Assembly (NCBI RefSeq): GCF_006345805.1
Contig: NC_043000.1
Span: forward strand, 46,438,001-46,502,000
Length of the DNA stretch: 64,000 bases
Direction: 5' to 3'
DNA from: Octopus sinensis
Taxonomy: Eukaryota
In this document: piece after piece, positions 1-11,143 of the stretch
Position numbering within the stretch: position 1 is the stretch's first letter
Layout of the letters: each line of letters begins with the position of its first letter
The notes under the pieces: model-generated
The model's database searches: none
Told to the model about the DNA's origin: nothing
What the model saw: only the letters and a program-made list of their open reading frames with translations
Translations under genes and position numbers: made by a program

Positions 1-559
1 CAGAAATAAATTCCTATGTATTCTTTTATCAGTATTAGCTTACAGCAAGAGAAGTAAAAACAAACAATATCAAAAAGTGTTGAAAAATATGTGTGCATTC
101 AAAAGAAGTTCTAGTAAAATTAAAAGAAAATAAGTAACTGTTAATTTTTAATTCATCCTTTATTTATAGAAGGAAATAGGAGAACATAATTTCTTACTGT
201 GCTTATATGTCACAAATCTGATAGGAATGTTATATGAATAAAGAATTAACTGGTTTTATCTTAGGTTAGTACACTAGTTATATAAGTTTTAAACAAGTGC
301 TATCTATTTTCTGTATGTTAATTAAATTATTTACGTAAGTTAATATATAAAGGTTATATTATACAATATTATAGCAAGTAAAATTTCTATGAATTATTTC
401 CACTCTCTCTCTCTCCCTTTCCCTCTCTCTCTCCCTCTACCCCCAACTCCTACCATCATGGTCCTGTTGTAGGGACTAAAACAAATCAGAGAATCATGTA
501 TATGTGTGTATGAATATATAAAAAGAAAGACAGACAGACAGGCAGGCAGGCAGGCAGGC

Positions 560-598
<39 letters not shown>

Positions 599-880
599 TA
601 GACAGATAGATAGATAGATAGATAGATTGATAGACAGAGATTGGCACGGATATAGTTATAGATTCAGAAGGTTACGTTGGTGTCTTTTACTCAAGCTCCA
701 GTCTGACCAAAGCCTTCTGAATGAAATAGACAAAAATTCTCTGTAAATCTATTCTTTCTATACATGTATGTATAAACTGAAGGTACATAGTCCTTAGCCT
801 AATGGTTAGTATATTGAGCTAACTATCATGAGATTGTGAGTTCGTTGTCTGGATAAGTTGATGGTATTATGTCACAGTGC

Positions 881-1078
881 ACTGACAGAATCGTTAGCAC
901 ACCAGGCAATATTCTTAGTGGCATTTCATCTGTTTACATTTTGAGTTGAAACTGTGCTAGGGTCAGCTTTGCCTTTCAGGACTGATGAAATAAGTACTAG
1001 TTGAGCACTGGAGTCAATGTGATTGGCTTACCCCATCATCAAAATTGCTGGCCATTTGCCAAAATTTGAAACCATTAT
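881..1078 (+). mobile_element. SINE family A variant, degraded
   Basis: Shares head and body (cagaatcgttagcac...ctttgcctttca...taagtac) with copies at 4604, 25686 and 42750-43160. Confidence 0.6.
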
Positions 1079-1084
1079 ATCAAA

Positions 1085-1520
1085 CCGAATCAAAATAGAT
1101 GAACATCAATGGAATTTGTATCTTTGTGGTACCAGTGCCGGTGGCACATAAGAAAACCATCCGAACGTGGCCGTAGCCAGTACCGCATCATCTGGCCTCC
1201 ATGCTGTGGGCACGTAACAAACACCATCCGAGCGTGGCCGTCCGCCAGCTTCGTCTGGCACCTGTGTCGGTGGTACATAAAAAACACCATCCGAGCGTGG
1301 CCGTTTGCCAGCCTCGTCTGGCACCTGTGTCGGTGGCACATAAAATCACCCACTACACTCTTGGAGTGGTTGGCATTAAGAAGGGCATCCAGCTGTAGAA
1401 ACACTGCCAGATCTGACTGGTCTGGTGCAGCCTTCGGGCTCCCCAGACCCCAGTTGAACCGTCCAACCCATGCTAGCATGGAAAGCGGACGTTAAACGAT
1501 GATGATGATGATGATGATGA
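1085..1520 (+). mobile_element. RTE-LINE 3' end or RTE-tailed SINE with (GAT)n tail
   Basis: ggcattaagaagggcatccagctgtagaaacactgccag...gttaaacg(atg)n matches the 3' end of the RTE at 15761-18626; contains internal ~60 bp tandem repeats. Confidence 0.85.
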
Positions 1521-1834
1521 TATCATTTAGCAAAATACTTTATCTCACATTGCTCCAGTCTACAAAACTGAAGATTGAATACCAGCCAAGTACTGGTGCA
1601 GCTTTTTCTCCCAACAGCTTGCACATCTTCAATATTCTGCTGGGGTTGTGAAAAGCATGTTACATACTAAACAGGTCATGTTCATCTACAAGTGATGGCT
1701 ATGATTTGTGTGCATATGTGTGTGCAGTTGCACTCATGTGCAGGTATGAATGTGTGTTTGCATTATGTCATTGTCAGCTTTTATGCTTAACCTACTTGAA
1801 AAATTGCTGTCAGTGTTTATGCCTGGTAACTTGT

Positions 1835-2150
1835 GGTGTTCGTTCATTCGTTCCTTCTCGAGCCCTGCCTGGCTCATAAGGGCCGGTTTCCCGGTTTCCT
1901 TGGCATATAGGTTCCCCACTTGGATGGGACACCAGTCCATCCCAGGTGAGCTGCAAGATGCAGGAGGAAAGAGTGAGAGAAAGTTATGGCGAAAGAGTCA
2001 GAAGAAGTTCGCCATTACCTTCTGCCAGAGCCGCATGGAACTTAGGTGTTTCGCTCATAAACACACACATCGCCTGGTCTGAGATTTGAACCCGTGATCC
2101 CTCAACCGTTAGTCTGCTGCTCTAACCACAAGGCCATGTGCCTCCACAAG
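1835..2150 (-). mobile_element. tRNA-derived SINE family C
   Basis: Reverse complement begins with a tRNA-like head (ggaggcacatggccttgtggttagagcagcagact); body shared with 8960-9170 and 36045-36303. Confidence 0.7.
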
Positions 2151-2203
2151 TGGTGTAATGAATATTGTTATGAAATAATAACCAAGCTTAAAATATATAA
2201 GTA

Positions 2204-2275
2204 TCCCATGTGGTTTAGAGGTTAGGATTCCTGGCTTTCACCTAGGTGGCCCTGGCTCAATTCCTGGTGTGGAAA
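2204..2275 (+). pseudogene. tRNA-Glu(TTC) pseudogene
   Basis: 72 nt colinear with eukaryotic tRNA-Glu-TTC; anticodon arm CCTGG-CT-TTC-AC-CTAGG retained; T loop CTCAATT instead of TTCGANT and mismatches in the acceptor and T stems. Confidence 0.8.
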
Positions 2276-2630
2276 TTTGTTATTTAACAGCACTCCCCCA
2301 GCATAGCTGCAGCTCTCGAGCTAAAACTAGTAAAGATAAAGACACAAATATTACTAGTATCAATATCAATGATTAAAATCATTCTAAGCAGAACCCTAGT
2401 ATGGATACAGTCTAATGGCAGAAGCAAGATACATTGCACATGCTCATTCCTTAATGAGTGTTTCACATCCATTTTTCTATAGAGCATGAGTTGGATTATA
2501 CATATTGAGACATATTTTTTATATCTTGATGTTCTTCCTGGTGCAATCTGTTCTCCAGGTAGGGTGGCATAACTAAGGGTAAATATTGAGTTTACTTTGT
2601 AAAGTAATCCAAAGGGATAACATAATCCAA

Positions 2631-2910
2631 GGAATTTCTTATTTTTATTTTCCTAAAATTTTCGTTGTGTCTTGCAACCTTGTCAATAGTCTTGACTCAA
2701 GACTATTAGTCTTGAGTCAAGACTATTGAAAAGTTTGCAAGATGCAACGAAAATTTTAGGAAAATAAAAATAAGAAGTGGAAAATTTTACCAGTGAGTGT
2801 GTTACATTATAAGGCACAAAAAGAAAATGACTCTCTCCAGACACAACAGAATATGCTTCAACACACGAACTCATATAAAGAATCTTGCAAACCAAATCCC
2901 AAAACGAAAT
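2631..2910. repeat. Interspersed repeat with a 68 bp-arm palindrome (2638-2705 / 2707-2774)
   Basis: Arms are reverse complements with 4 mismatches; flanked by direct repeat ATAATCCAA (2622-2630, 2911-2919); same family at 59650-59825. Confidence 0.75.
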
Positions 2911-3663
2911 ATAATCCAACGAAGTAATCCAAGATTAAGATCATCCAGAACTAGGTACTCCAAAGTATCGCTGGGGTGGATGTGATATTAGTCAGATACA
3001 TACACATATTCACACACATCATTCAGCATGCTGCTCCAGCCTTTTTTTTTCAGCTGCTACTAACCTGGCATACCAACACCAACACACCCACAGCCATAAA
3101 CTAATTACACACACATACAAAAGTACATGTAAACAAACATACACATGCAAAGTCAGGTACAAACACTCATATAATATTTATCCCACTACTCTAGCACTCT
3201 TTCACAAACAAACACACAACTTACAAGCCTTATACATGCAGACACTCACGTACACATACACACATGCACACACACACACAAGTACAGAAATATATATATA
3301 CACACATTAAGTGTACAAGTACCCTCACATATATACACTTACACATGCATAGTCACATAGATACACACATATATTTCTTATTCTTATGTTCTTTTACTTG
3401 TTTCAGTCATTTGACTGTGACCATGCTGGAGGACTACCTGAATTGGTTTTAGTCAAAGAAATCAACTCCAGGACATATTCTTTGTAAGCCTAGTATTGAT
3501 TCTATCAGTCTCTTTTGCCAAACTGCTAAGTTACGGAGATGTAAACACACCAACATCGGTTGTCAAGTGATGGCAGTGGGACAAACACAGATGCAAAGAC
3601 ACACACAAATAGACATACATACATACATACATACATACATACATACATACATACATACATACA

Positions 3664-3712
<49 letters not shown>

Positions 3713-3715
<3 letters not shown>

Positions 3716-3956
3716 GACCTCACGTCAGCGTGTGACAATCATGATTGTCACACGCTGACGAGAGGTCAATACCTCGAAACTCGAGTCCGTGTGTATCATA
3801 AGTTGAAGACGGGAAGGATGACTTCCCTTTGCAAATACTGACAGGACACAGAGAGTGTGTCTATGGCCAACTGGAGGAGTGTGTCCTCCTGGGGCTAAAA
3901 ACTACAGTAGCATCCACCCTTAGGGGTAGCCATATTGAGATGGCAAATATACGTCA
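3713..3956 (+). mobile_element. ORF-less hammerhead-bearing element (Penelope pLTR-like or retrozyme-like)
   Basis: GC-richer island between (TA)n runs; carries the hammerhead and several hairpins; its end motif recurs reversed at ~18724-18768. Confidence 0.6.
3749..3793 (+). ncRNA. Minimal type I hammerhead ribozyme
   Basis: Stem I CACACG(3749-54)/CGUGUG(3788-93); core CUGACGA(3755-61); stem II GAGGU/ACCUC with CAAU loop; GAAA(3776-79); stem III AC/GU with palindromic UCGA loop; GUC triplet, predicted cut after 3787. Confidence 0.85.
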
Positions 3957-4603
3957 TTATATATATATATATATATATATATAAGTAATACTAAGCAATA
4001 AGGGTTTAGCAACGAATTGCCTTACCACATACCGAATTTAGAAATAGCAGTCAAAGGGTTATAGCTATTTCTATATACGATGGGCATCTTTTCAGTTTCT
4101 GTATATTAAATCCACTCACAAAGCTTTGGTTGGTCTGAAGGCTATAATAGGAGATACTTACCAAAGTTGCCATGCAGTGGGACTGAACCCAGTACCATGT
4201 AATTGGGAAGCAAGCTTCTTATCACACAGCCATGCCTAAGCACTCTCTTGTCTTAAAAACCATAAACTTCCAGTTAGTGATCAAACATATTAGTTACACA
4301 TGTGTTTCTTTCTTCACTCTCTGTTCCTATCTCACTTTCCTCTTTCTTCATTCTTTTCTCTGGACTTTTCTCTGGCTTCTGCCCAAAATGTCATACATTT
4401 TCTCTCAACTTTATAACATTTTGTTCTAGCATCAAACTAATAATATTCACCGTGAATGTCCCTTGAACTTTAGTTGCTTTTGTATTTGAAATCATCGTTT
4501 ATTATTGATAAGGTCAAAAATCACACATCTAAATCAAAACTAAGGGTTATTTTGCAATAAAGAAGGTAAGAATGATACCCTTTATGGTATCTTGCTTACC
4601 TTT

Positions 4604-4840
4604 AAGGCAGCGAGCTGGCAGAAACATTAGCATACTAGATGAAATGCTTAGCAGTATTTCTTCTGCCTTAACGTTCTGATGTTCAAATTCCGCCGAGGTT
4701 GACTTTGCTTTTCATCCTTTCAGGGTCAATAAATTAAGTACCAGTTATGCACTGGGCTCAATGTACTCGACTTAATCCCTTTGTCTGTCCTTCTTTGTCC
4801 CCTCTATGTTTAACCCCTTGTAGGCAATAAAGAAATAAAA
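4604..4840 (+). mobile_element. tRNA-derived SINE family A
   Basis: aaggcagcgagctggcagaaacattagc head; body and tail shared with 25686-25917 and minus-strand copies. Confidence 0.8.
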
Positions 4841-5274
4841 TGCCCTTTATGGTCCAGCCAAATTTAATGAGAACATGCAGAATAACATTCACACACACAC
4901 AAGCACACACATATTAGACTTTTCTGTGTCCATCTGCCAACATTACTGACAAGGTAGTGGCCAACCCAAGGCTACAGTAAGAAGATACTTACTTGTGTGT
5001 CATATAGTGGGACTGATCCCAAACTTTGTAATCACCCAGACATACTTGTGCCTGTATATGTATATATCTGTGTGTGTGTATGTGTATACAATGAAAAGTG
5101 TACTCAATACGTCTGATAGAGTTTATCTTTTATCATTTATTTGTTTCAGTTATTGAACTGTTGCCATGCTAGTGTGCAGCCTGGAAGGGCTTTAGTCAAA
5201 CACATTAACCTCAGTACATATTTTTAAATCAGAGACTTATTCTACTGTTCTCTATTACCAAACCACTAAGTTAC

Positions 5275-5665
5275 AATCATCATTATCGTTTAGCGTCCGC
5301 TTTCCATGCTAGCATGGGTTGGACGGTTCAACTGGGGTCTGGGAAGCCAGAAGGCTGCACCAGGCCCAGTCTGATCTGGAAATGTTTCTACAGCTCGATG
5401 CCCTTCCTAATGCCAACCACTCCGTGAGTGTAGTGGGTGCTTTTTATGTGCCAGGCGAGGCTGGCAATGGCCATGATCGGATGGTACTTTTTACATGACA
5501 CCGGCATGAGGCCAGTCGGGGCGGTGTTGGCAATGGCCATGTTCGGATGGTTCTCTTACGCACCACCAGCACTGGTATCACAGCTGCAATTTCCATTGAT
5601 GTTGATAGATTTCGATTTTGATTTTCACTTGCCTCAACAGGTCTTCACAAGTAGAGTTTTGTAAA
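5275..5665 (-). mobile_element. RTE 3' end fragment
   Basis: Reverse complement of the 1085-1520 family, starting at a degenerate (CAT)n. Confidence 0.8.
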
Positions 5666-5899
5666 CCAACACCTGTTGTCATGTAGTGGTGGGAAAGAAA
5701 CACAAGCATACATAGATATACACACACATACATGAGAGACTTCTTTAAGTTTCCATCTACCAAAATCTACTCATAATGTTTTGATTGGCCTGAGACCACA
5801 GAGTAGGACTGAACCTCGAGCAATGTGGTTAAGAAACAAACTTCTTACTACACAGCCATAATTTTGAATAGTATATGATTTTTTTCTCAGGTTATCTGA

Positions 5900-6780
5900 A
5901 CATTACATATTAGTCAGACCATTCCTGGAGTGAGTCATGCCAGCAAAGACTGAGTGATTGCCTTGTGTAAAACTCCAAATAGCAAGAAAGCGAATCATAT
6001 TTGCGCAAATATATGAACATATTGAAAGATTAAAGAGAAAGGAATGAGAACAGAAGGATTTTCTTAACAGAATGCTTAAGAAACAATTTTTCATTTCTTC
6101 CTCAGCAGTTTTTGGGTAAAGCATAGGAAAGGGTCAACAGGCATCACAAATCACATCAATAGCCTTGGGAACTAAACTGGGATATAATTTTTATCTTTAT
6201 GCATAGCAACATTAGAATTCCAAGGGCTTTCGGAAACCTGTTTGTTGGCTATAATTATTGCTGAACATGAATCTAGCTTGTACAAGAATGGGTAAGAAGA
6301 GTTTTAGTGAGCCATTACATCAATTGACAATAAAGTCTTTTGTCTTTCAATGCAAAAGGAAGACTATCGGAATCTTCAGTAGTCTAACGTGCCAACAGAT
6401 ATGGGAAAATGCCATTGGAGTTAAATGGTGATCTGCAGAGGATGTAGAGAAATAAATTTCCTATAATAAGATGAATAGGGATCATTTAACTCACACGAAG
6501 AGAAGCATGGAAGATGAAAAGGCAAGTGGAAATTAAAGACCTGCTGACGTGTGTAAAAGAGACAAATGAGCCAGTATGAACTGGTGTGATGAGATTGGAT
6601 AATATCTAAAGGGAGTATTGACTACAAAAGTTGCCAGTAACAGAAGGCAGGTTGCTGAAACCTTTAGGAGCATGGAAGGTTTGACTTGATAACAGCAAGT
6701 GCTCACAGACAAGTGGACAAAACATCTATATTGGAGACAAAAATCAGACAATTCCTTCTTGCTGAGAGCAAGAGACTAAG
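5900..6780 (+). mobile_element. Highly degraded non-LTR retrotransposon RT fragment (RTE-like)
   Basis: Fragmentary translation resembles the RT C-terminal region, with many stops. Confidence 0.35.
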
Positions 6781-7090
6781 TTATGATGATGATGACAACT
6801 ATGATTGCAATTGCAACTGCAATGATGACAATGACAACGATAAGGATAATAATAATGATGATGGTGGTGGTTACAACAATGATGATGACAAGGATTCTGT
6901 AAGGAATGTAATTGGAAGAGCTAATTACAATAATGAATTCTAAAATCTGTACAAGATCACAGATTTTGGGGAAAGAAGCATTCAATTAGCCCTAGTACTT
7001 GACTTGGCTTATTAACTCCAGAAAAAAGGAAAGCAAATTCAGCCAGAACAGAATGCAGAATGGAAAGCTGCATAATCAAACACCACTAGG

Positions 7091-7659
7091 TATTGGGTTG
7101 TCCGGAAAGTTTGTGCTGATTTATAGTAGCTTACATTTCGACTTATTTTAGAACATGGTTGAGTCCATGAAATAGGATTTGATTACACCTCCATTTAGAA
7201 CAGAGTTTAAGCTATCTTTTCGTAGAAGAAGATTTATGTTCCTATAACCTGTGTTAATTGTGTAACCCTTTAAAATGGAAGATAACAAAGTTCATTTTCG
7301 GCACTTCATGCTTTGGGAACCAGACAAAAATTGCTGCAGTTTGGCTGGGATGTGTTACCCCACCCTCCATATTCACCAGATACTGCTCCTTTCGATTTCC
7401 ACTTATTCAGGTATCTGCAGAATAGTCTTAATGGTAAAAATTTCAATTCCTTGGATGACATAAAAAGATACCCTGATGAATTCTTTGCCATGAAACCACC
7501 TCAGTTCTGGGAATAGGGTATTTTCAAGTTAAAGGAAGATGGAGACGCATTCTGCAACAAAATGGTTCATATTTGGTTGATTAAAAATATAATGGCAAGT
7601 ATTTATTGACCTTTTTCTTTCCTTTAAAAATTGGCACAAACTTTCCGGACAATCCAATA
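7091..7659 (+). mobile_element. Internally deleted mariner DNA transposon
   Basis: TIRs TATTGGGTTGTCCGGAAAGTTTGTGC / GCACAAACTTTCCGGACAATCCAATA with TA ends; transposase C-terminus LLQFGWDVLPHPPYSPDTAPFDFHLF (YSPDLAP motif). Confidence 0.92.
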
Positions 7660-8280
7660 TTTTGTCTACATATCAAACAATTCTGCTAATCTACTGCCTT
7701 CTGTTTTTCTAATAACTGGGCAAATGTTAAGAACAATACTATAAACAGTTGAATATTTCATTAATAACACCTTTCCTAACAATTATGCAGATCCATTCCA
7801 CCTATGTGACTAAGGCTAAAAGGAGTAGAAAACATACCAGGCAATACTTCAAAAGGAAGTAAGAATAACTGATAGTGGACATTTATACCTCTTATGTATG
7901 AGGCAGATATATGCATTCACATATTTAAAAAATAATTACATAATGGAATTTTAGAGATTATAAAGGTAAAATGATGGGGTCTAGTTGGAATTTGGTTTCA
8001 TATAAATTTTAGTATTTGTATGCAGGTGTGGCTGTGTGGTAAGAAGCTTACTTCTCAACCACATGGTTCCAGGTTCAATCCCACTATGTGGCACCTTGGG
8101 CATGTGTCTTTTATTATAGCTTCAGGCTGACCAAAGCTTTGTGAGTGGATTTAGTAGAAGGAAACTGAAAGAAGCCCGTCGTATATATATATGTATGTAT
8201 GCATGTATGTATATATACATGCATATATATGGATACAGGACATCACCAACAGTGCAAATAACATGAAATACATAAATATA

Positions 8281-8950
8281 TACAGGGTAAATTGTCACCA
8301 TTGTGATTTCCCACATGCGCATTGTTTATTTTTGGGCTTGTCAACTACGCTGCGTGGTAGGGGCAGTTGGGCACCATCTATGAGACAATCAGCACCATGA
8401 TGCAATTCACTCTGCCAGAAATGTGGAAATGACATGCTGTACTGCTTGGCAGTCATGCCAGAAGCTCCAATATGAATATTTCAGAATGTTTAGGTGTCAA
8501 TTTGAGTGTTAGCCATGTTCCCAAAACATGTACCAAGAGTGATGAAAATCAAACATCCAGTCAACATCAGGGTGTTTGGAGTGATCACTAGTTATGTTGA
8601 CATTATGGCTCCATTCATCTTCTCACATGGCCTTAAACTTGACACGGAGGCCTACCCAAAGTTCCTGGAGGAGGTAGTGCTCTCCTGGGTCAAGAGGGTT
8701 GCTGCTGGGAGACCTTATGTCTGACAACAGCACGCTGCACAATGCTACACTAACAGGAGAACCTAGTCATGGCTGTCAGACAATTTCTGCAACCACATCA
8801 CCCCTAACATCTGGTCACCTGACTCCCTTGACTGTAATCCCCTTGATTATTATGTGTAGGGTGCAGTTGAGTTTGAGACCGACAAAACTTCTTAACAACA
8901 CCAAACATGAACTGAAGGAAAGGATTATGGCAACATATATCAACATAAAT
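8281..8950 (+). mobile_element. Tc1/mariner maT (DD37D-like) transposase remnant
   Basis: Translates to VFGVITS...PFIFSHGLKLDT...VKRVAAGRPYV*QQH...NIWSPDSLDCNPLDYYV, a decayed WPPxSPDxNPLDY motif, with stops. Confidence 0.75.
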
Positions 8951-9223
8951 GGGTAGAGCATCCAGAAGAGCTGCAAGATCCAGGAGGAAAGAGTGAGAGA
9001 AAGTTGTGGTGAAAGAGTCAGCAGAAGTTCACCATCACCTTCTGCTGGAGGCACGTCGAGTTTAGACGTTTTGCTCATAAATACGCACATCGCCCAGTCT
9101 GAGATTCGAAACCATGATCCCTCAACCATGAGTCCGTTGCTCTAACCACTTGGCCATGTGCCTCCACACACACACACATATATATATATATATTATACAT
9201 ATATATATATATGTATATATATA

Positions 9224-9304
<81 letters not shown>

Positions 9305-9305
<1 letters not shown>

Positions 9306-10191
9306 TAGCAGTATCGCCCGGCGTTGCTCGGTTTGTAAGGGAAATAACTATATAAGCATTTTTAGTGAGTTATAGCAAAAAAATAGCAAAAAATGCATTA
9401 AAATGGAATAAAAAATGATGGTAATTTTTTTTTAATCGTTGACTCATCGTAGACATTTTTAAAGAGTTACTTCCCTTATATAATAGCGAAAAATGCATTA
9501 AAATGGAATAAAAAATGATGGTAAATTTTTTTTAAAATCGTAGACTCATGCTAATACCCAGAAGGGCTCGATATGAATCACGACTATAAGATACCCGGTT
9601 TTAGTTACACGGCACAGCAAAATGTGGGAGTAGTTAGGAATCTAAATCGTAGGAGACAGACACACAACCTTACTTTTATATATAAAGATTGTGCAACAAC
9701 TAAAACATTCGGTTGTGCAAATTGTTTGCACAGGAAACCTGCCCTGTGTGGCGGTTTTTGCTGTTTTTGTGGATCTGTTTCAGCTTTTCTAGCGATTTCT
9801 GTTTGGCGACTTCAAGCCATGAAGTCGTTGTTCTAAAAGAACGCTGGTCTCCTTCACAACGCATTACGACGTTGATTTCCTTACACTCCCTTCCCCACAG
9901 CTTCACGAGGGAGGGAAGAAGGGGGAGAAGCAACACAGGTGCAGGCGTGAGCGTGGACGCCAACTCCGCCGCCATCGACACACGAAAAAATATGCATTAA
10001 AATGGAATAAAAAATTATGTTAAATTATTTTTAAAATCGTAGACTCATTGTAGATGCGCGCTAATACCCAGACAAGCTCGATATGAATCACGACTATAAG
10101 ATACCTGAATTTGGTTAAACTGCACCGCAAAATGTGGGAGTAGTTAGGAATCTAAATCGAAGGGGACAGACACTCACACAACTACAGTTTT

Positions 10192-10197
<6 letters not shown>
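9305..10197 (-). mobile_element. Non-autonomous Helitron, tandem copy 1
   Basis: Minus-strand 3' end ccgagcaacgccgggcgatactgCTAG (hairpin plus CTAG) within (TA)n; homologous to 12524-13536 and 48644-49012. Confidence 0.8.
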
Positions 10198-10233
<36 letters not shown>

Positions 10234-10234
<1 letters not shown>

Positions 10235-11125
10235 TAGCAGTATCGCCCGGCGTTGCTCGGGTTTGTAAGGGAAATAACTATATAAGCATTTTTAGTGAGT
10301 TATAGCAAAAAAATAGCAAAAAATGCATTAAAAATGGAATAAAAAATGATGGTAATTTTTTTTTAATCGTTGACTCATCGTAGACATTTTTAAAGAGTTA
10401 CTTCCCTTATATAATAGCGAAAAATGCATTAAAATGGAATAAAAAATGATGGTAAATTTTTTTTAAAATCGTAGACTCATGCTAATACCCAGAAGGGCTC
10501 GATATGAATCACGACTATAAGATACCCGGTTTTAGTTACACGGCACAGCAAAATGTGGGAGTAGTTAGGAATCTAAATCGTAGGAGACAGACACACAACC
10601 TTACTTTTATATATAAAGATTTGTGCAACAACTAAAACATTCGGTTGTGCAAATTGTTTGCACAGGAAACCTGCCCTGTGTGGCGGTTTTTGCTGTTTTT
10701 GTGGATCTGTTTCAGCTTTTCTAGCGATTTCTGTTTTGGCGACTTCAAGCCATGAAGTCGTTGTTCTAAAAGAACGCTGGTCTCCTTCACAACGCATTAC
10801 GACGTTGATTTCCTTACACTCCCTTCCCCACAGCTTCACGAGGGAGGGAAGAAGGGGGAGAAGCAACACAGGTGCAGGCGTGAGCGTGGACGCCAACTCC
10901 GCCGCCATCGACACACGAAAAAATATGCATTAAAATGGAATAAAAAATTATGTTAAATTATTTTTAAAATCGTAGACTCATTGTAGATGCGCGCTAATAC
11001 CCAGACAAGCTCGATATGAATCACGACTATAAGATACCTGAATTTGGTTAAACTGCACCGCAAAATGTGGGAGTAGTTAGGAATCTAAATCGAAGGGGAC
11101 AGACACTCACACAACTACAGTTTTA
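10234..11125 (-). mobile_element. Non-autonomous Helitron, tandem copy 2
   Basis: Near-identical to copy 1; period 929 bp. Confidence 0.8.
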
Positions 11126-11143
11126 TATATATATATATATATA

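Larger units (their letters stand above)
3389..4236 (-). mobile_element. SINE family B split by nested insertions in its central microsatellite
   Basis: 3' half at 3389-3613 and 5' half at ~4073-4236 match the intact copy at 51905-52310; the intervening (TACA)n/(TA)n holds two inserts. Confidence 0.75.

Noticed and set aside
1090-1495. Overlapping 128-129 aa ORFs on both strands
   Set aside because: They lie in an RTE 3' UTR tandem-repeat region; the same peptides recur wherever the repeat occurs (for example 5437, 11189, 15951)
9573-10933. Repeated 87-113 aa ORFs in the Helitron core
   Set aside because: GC-rich non-coding core; frames differ between copies; no Rep or helicase motifs
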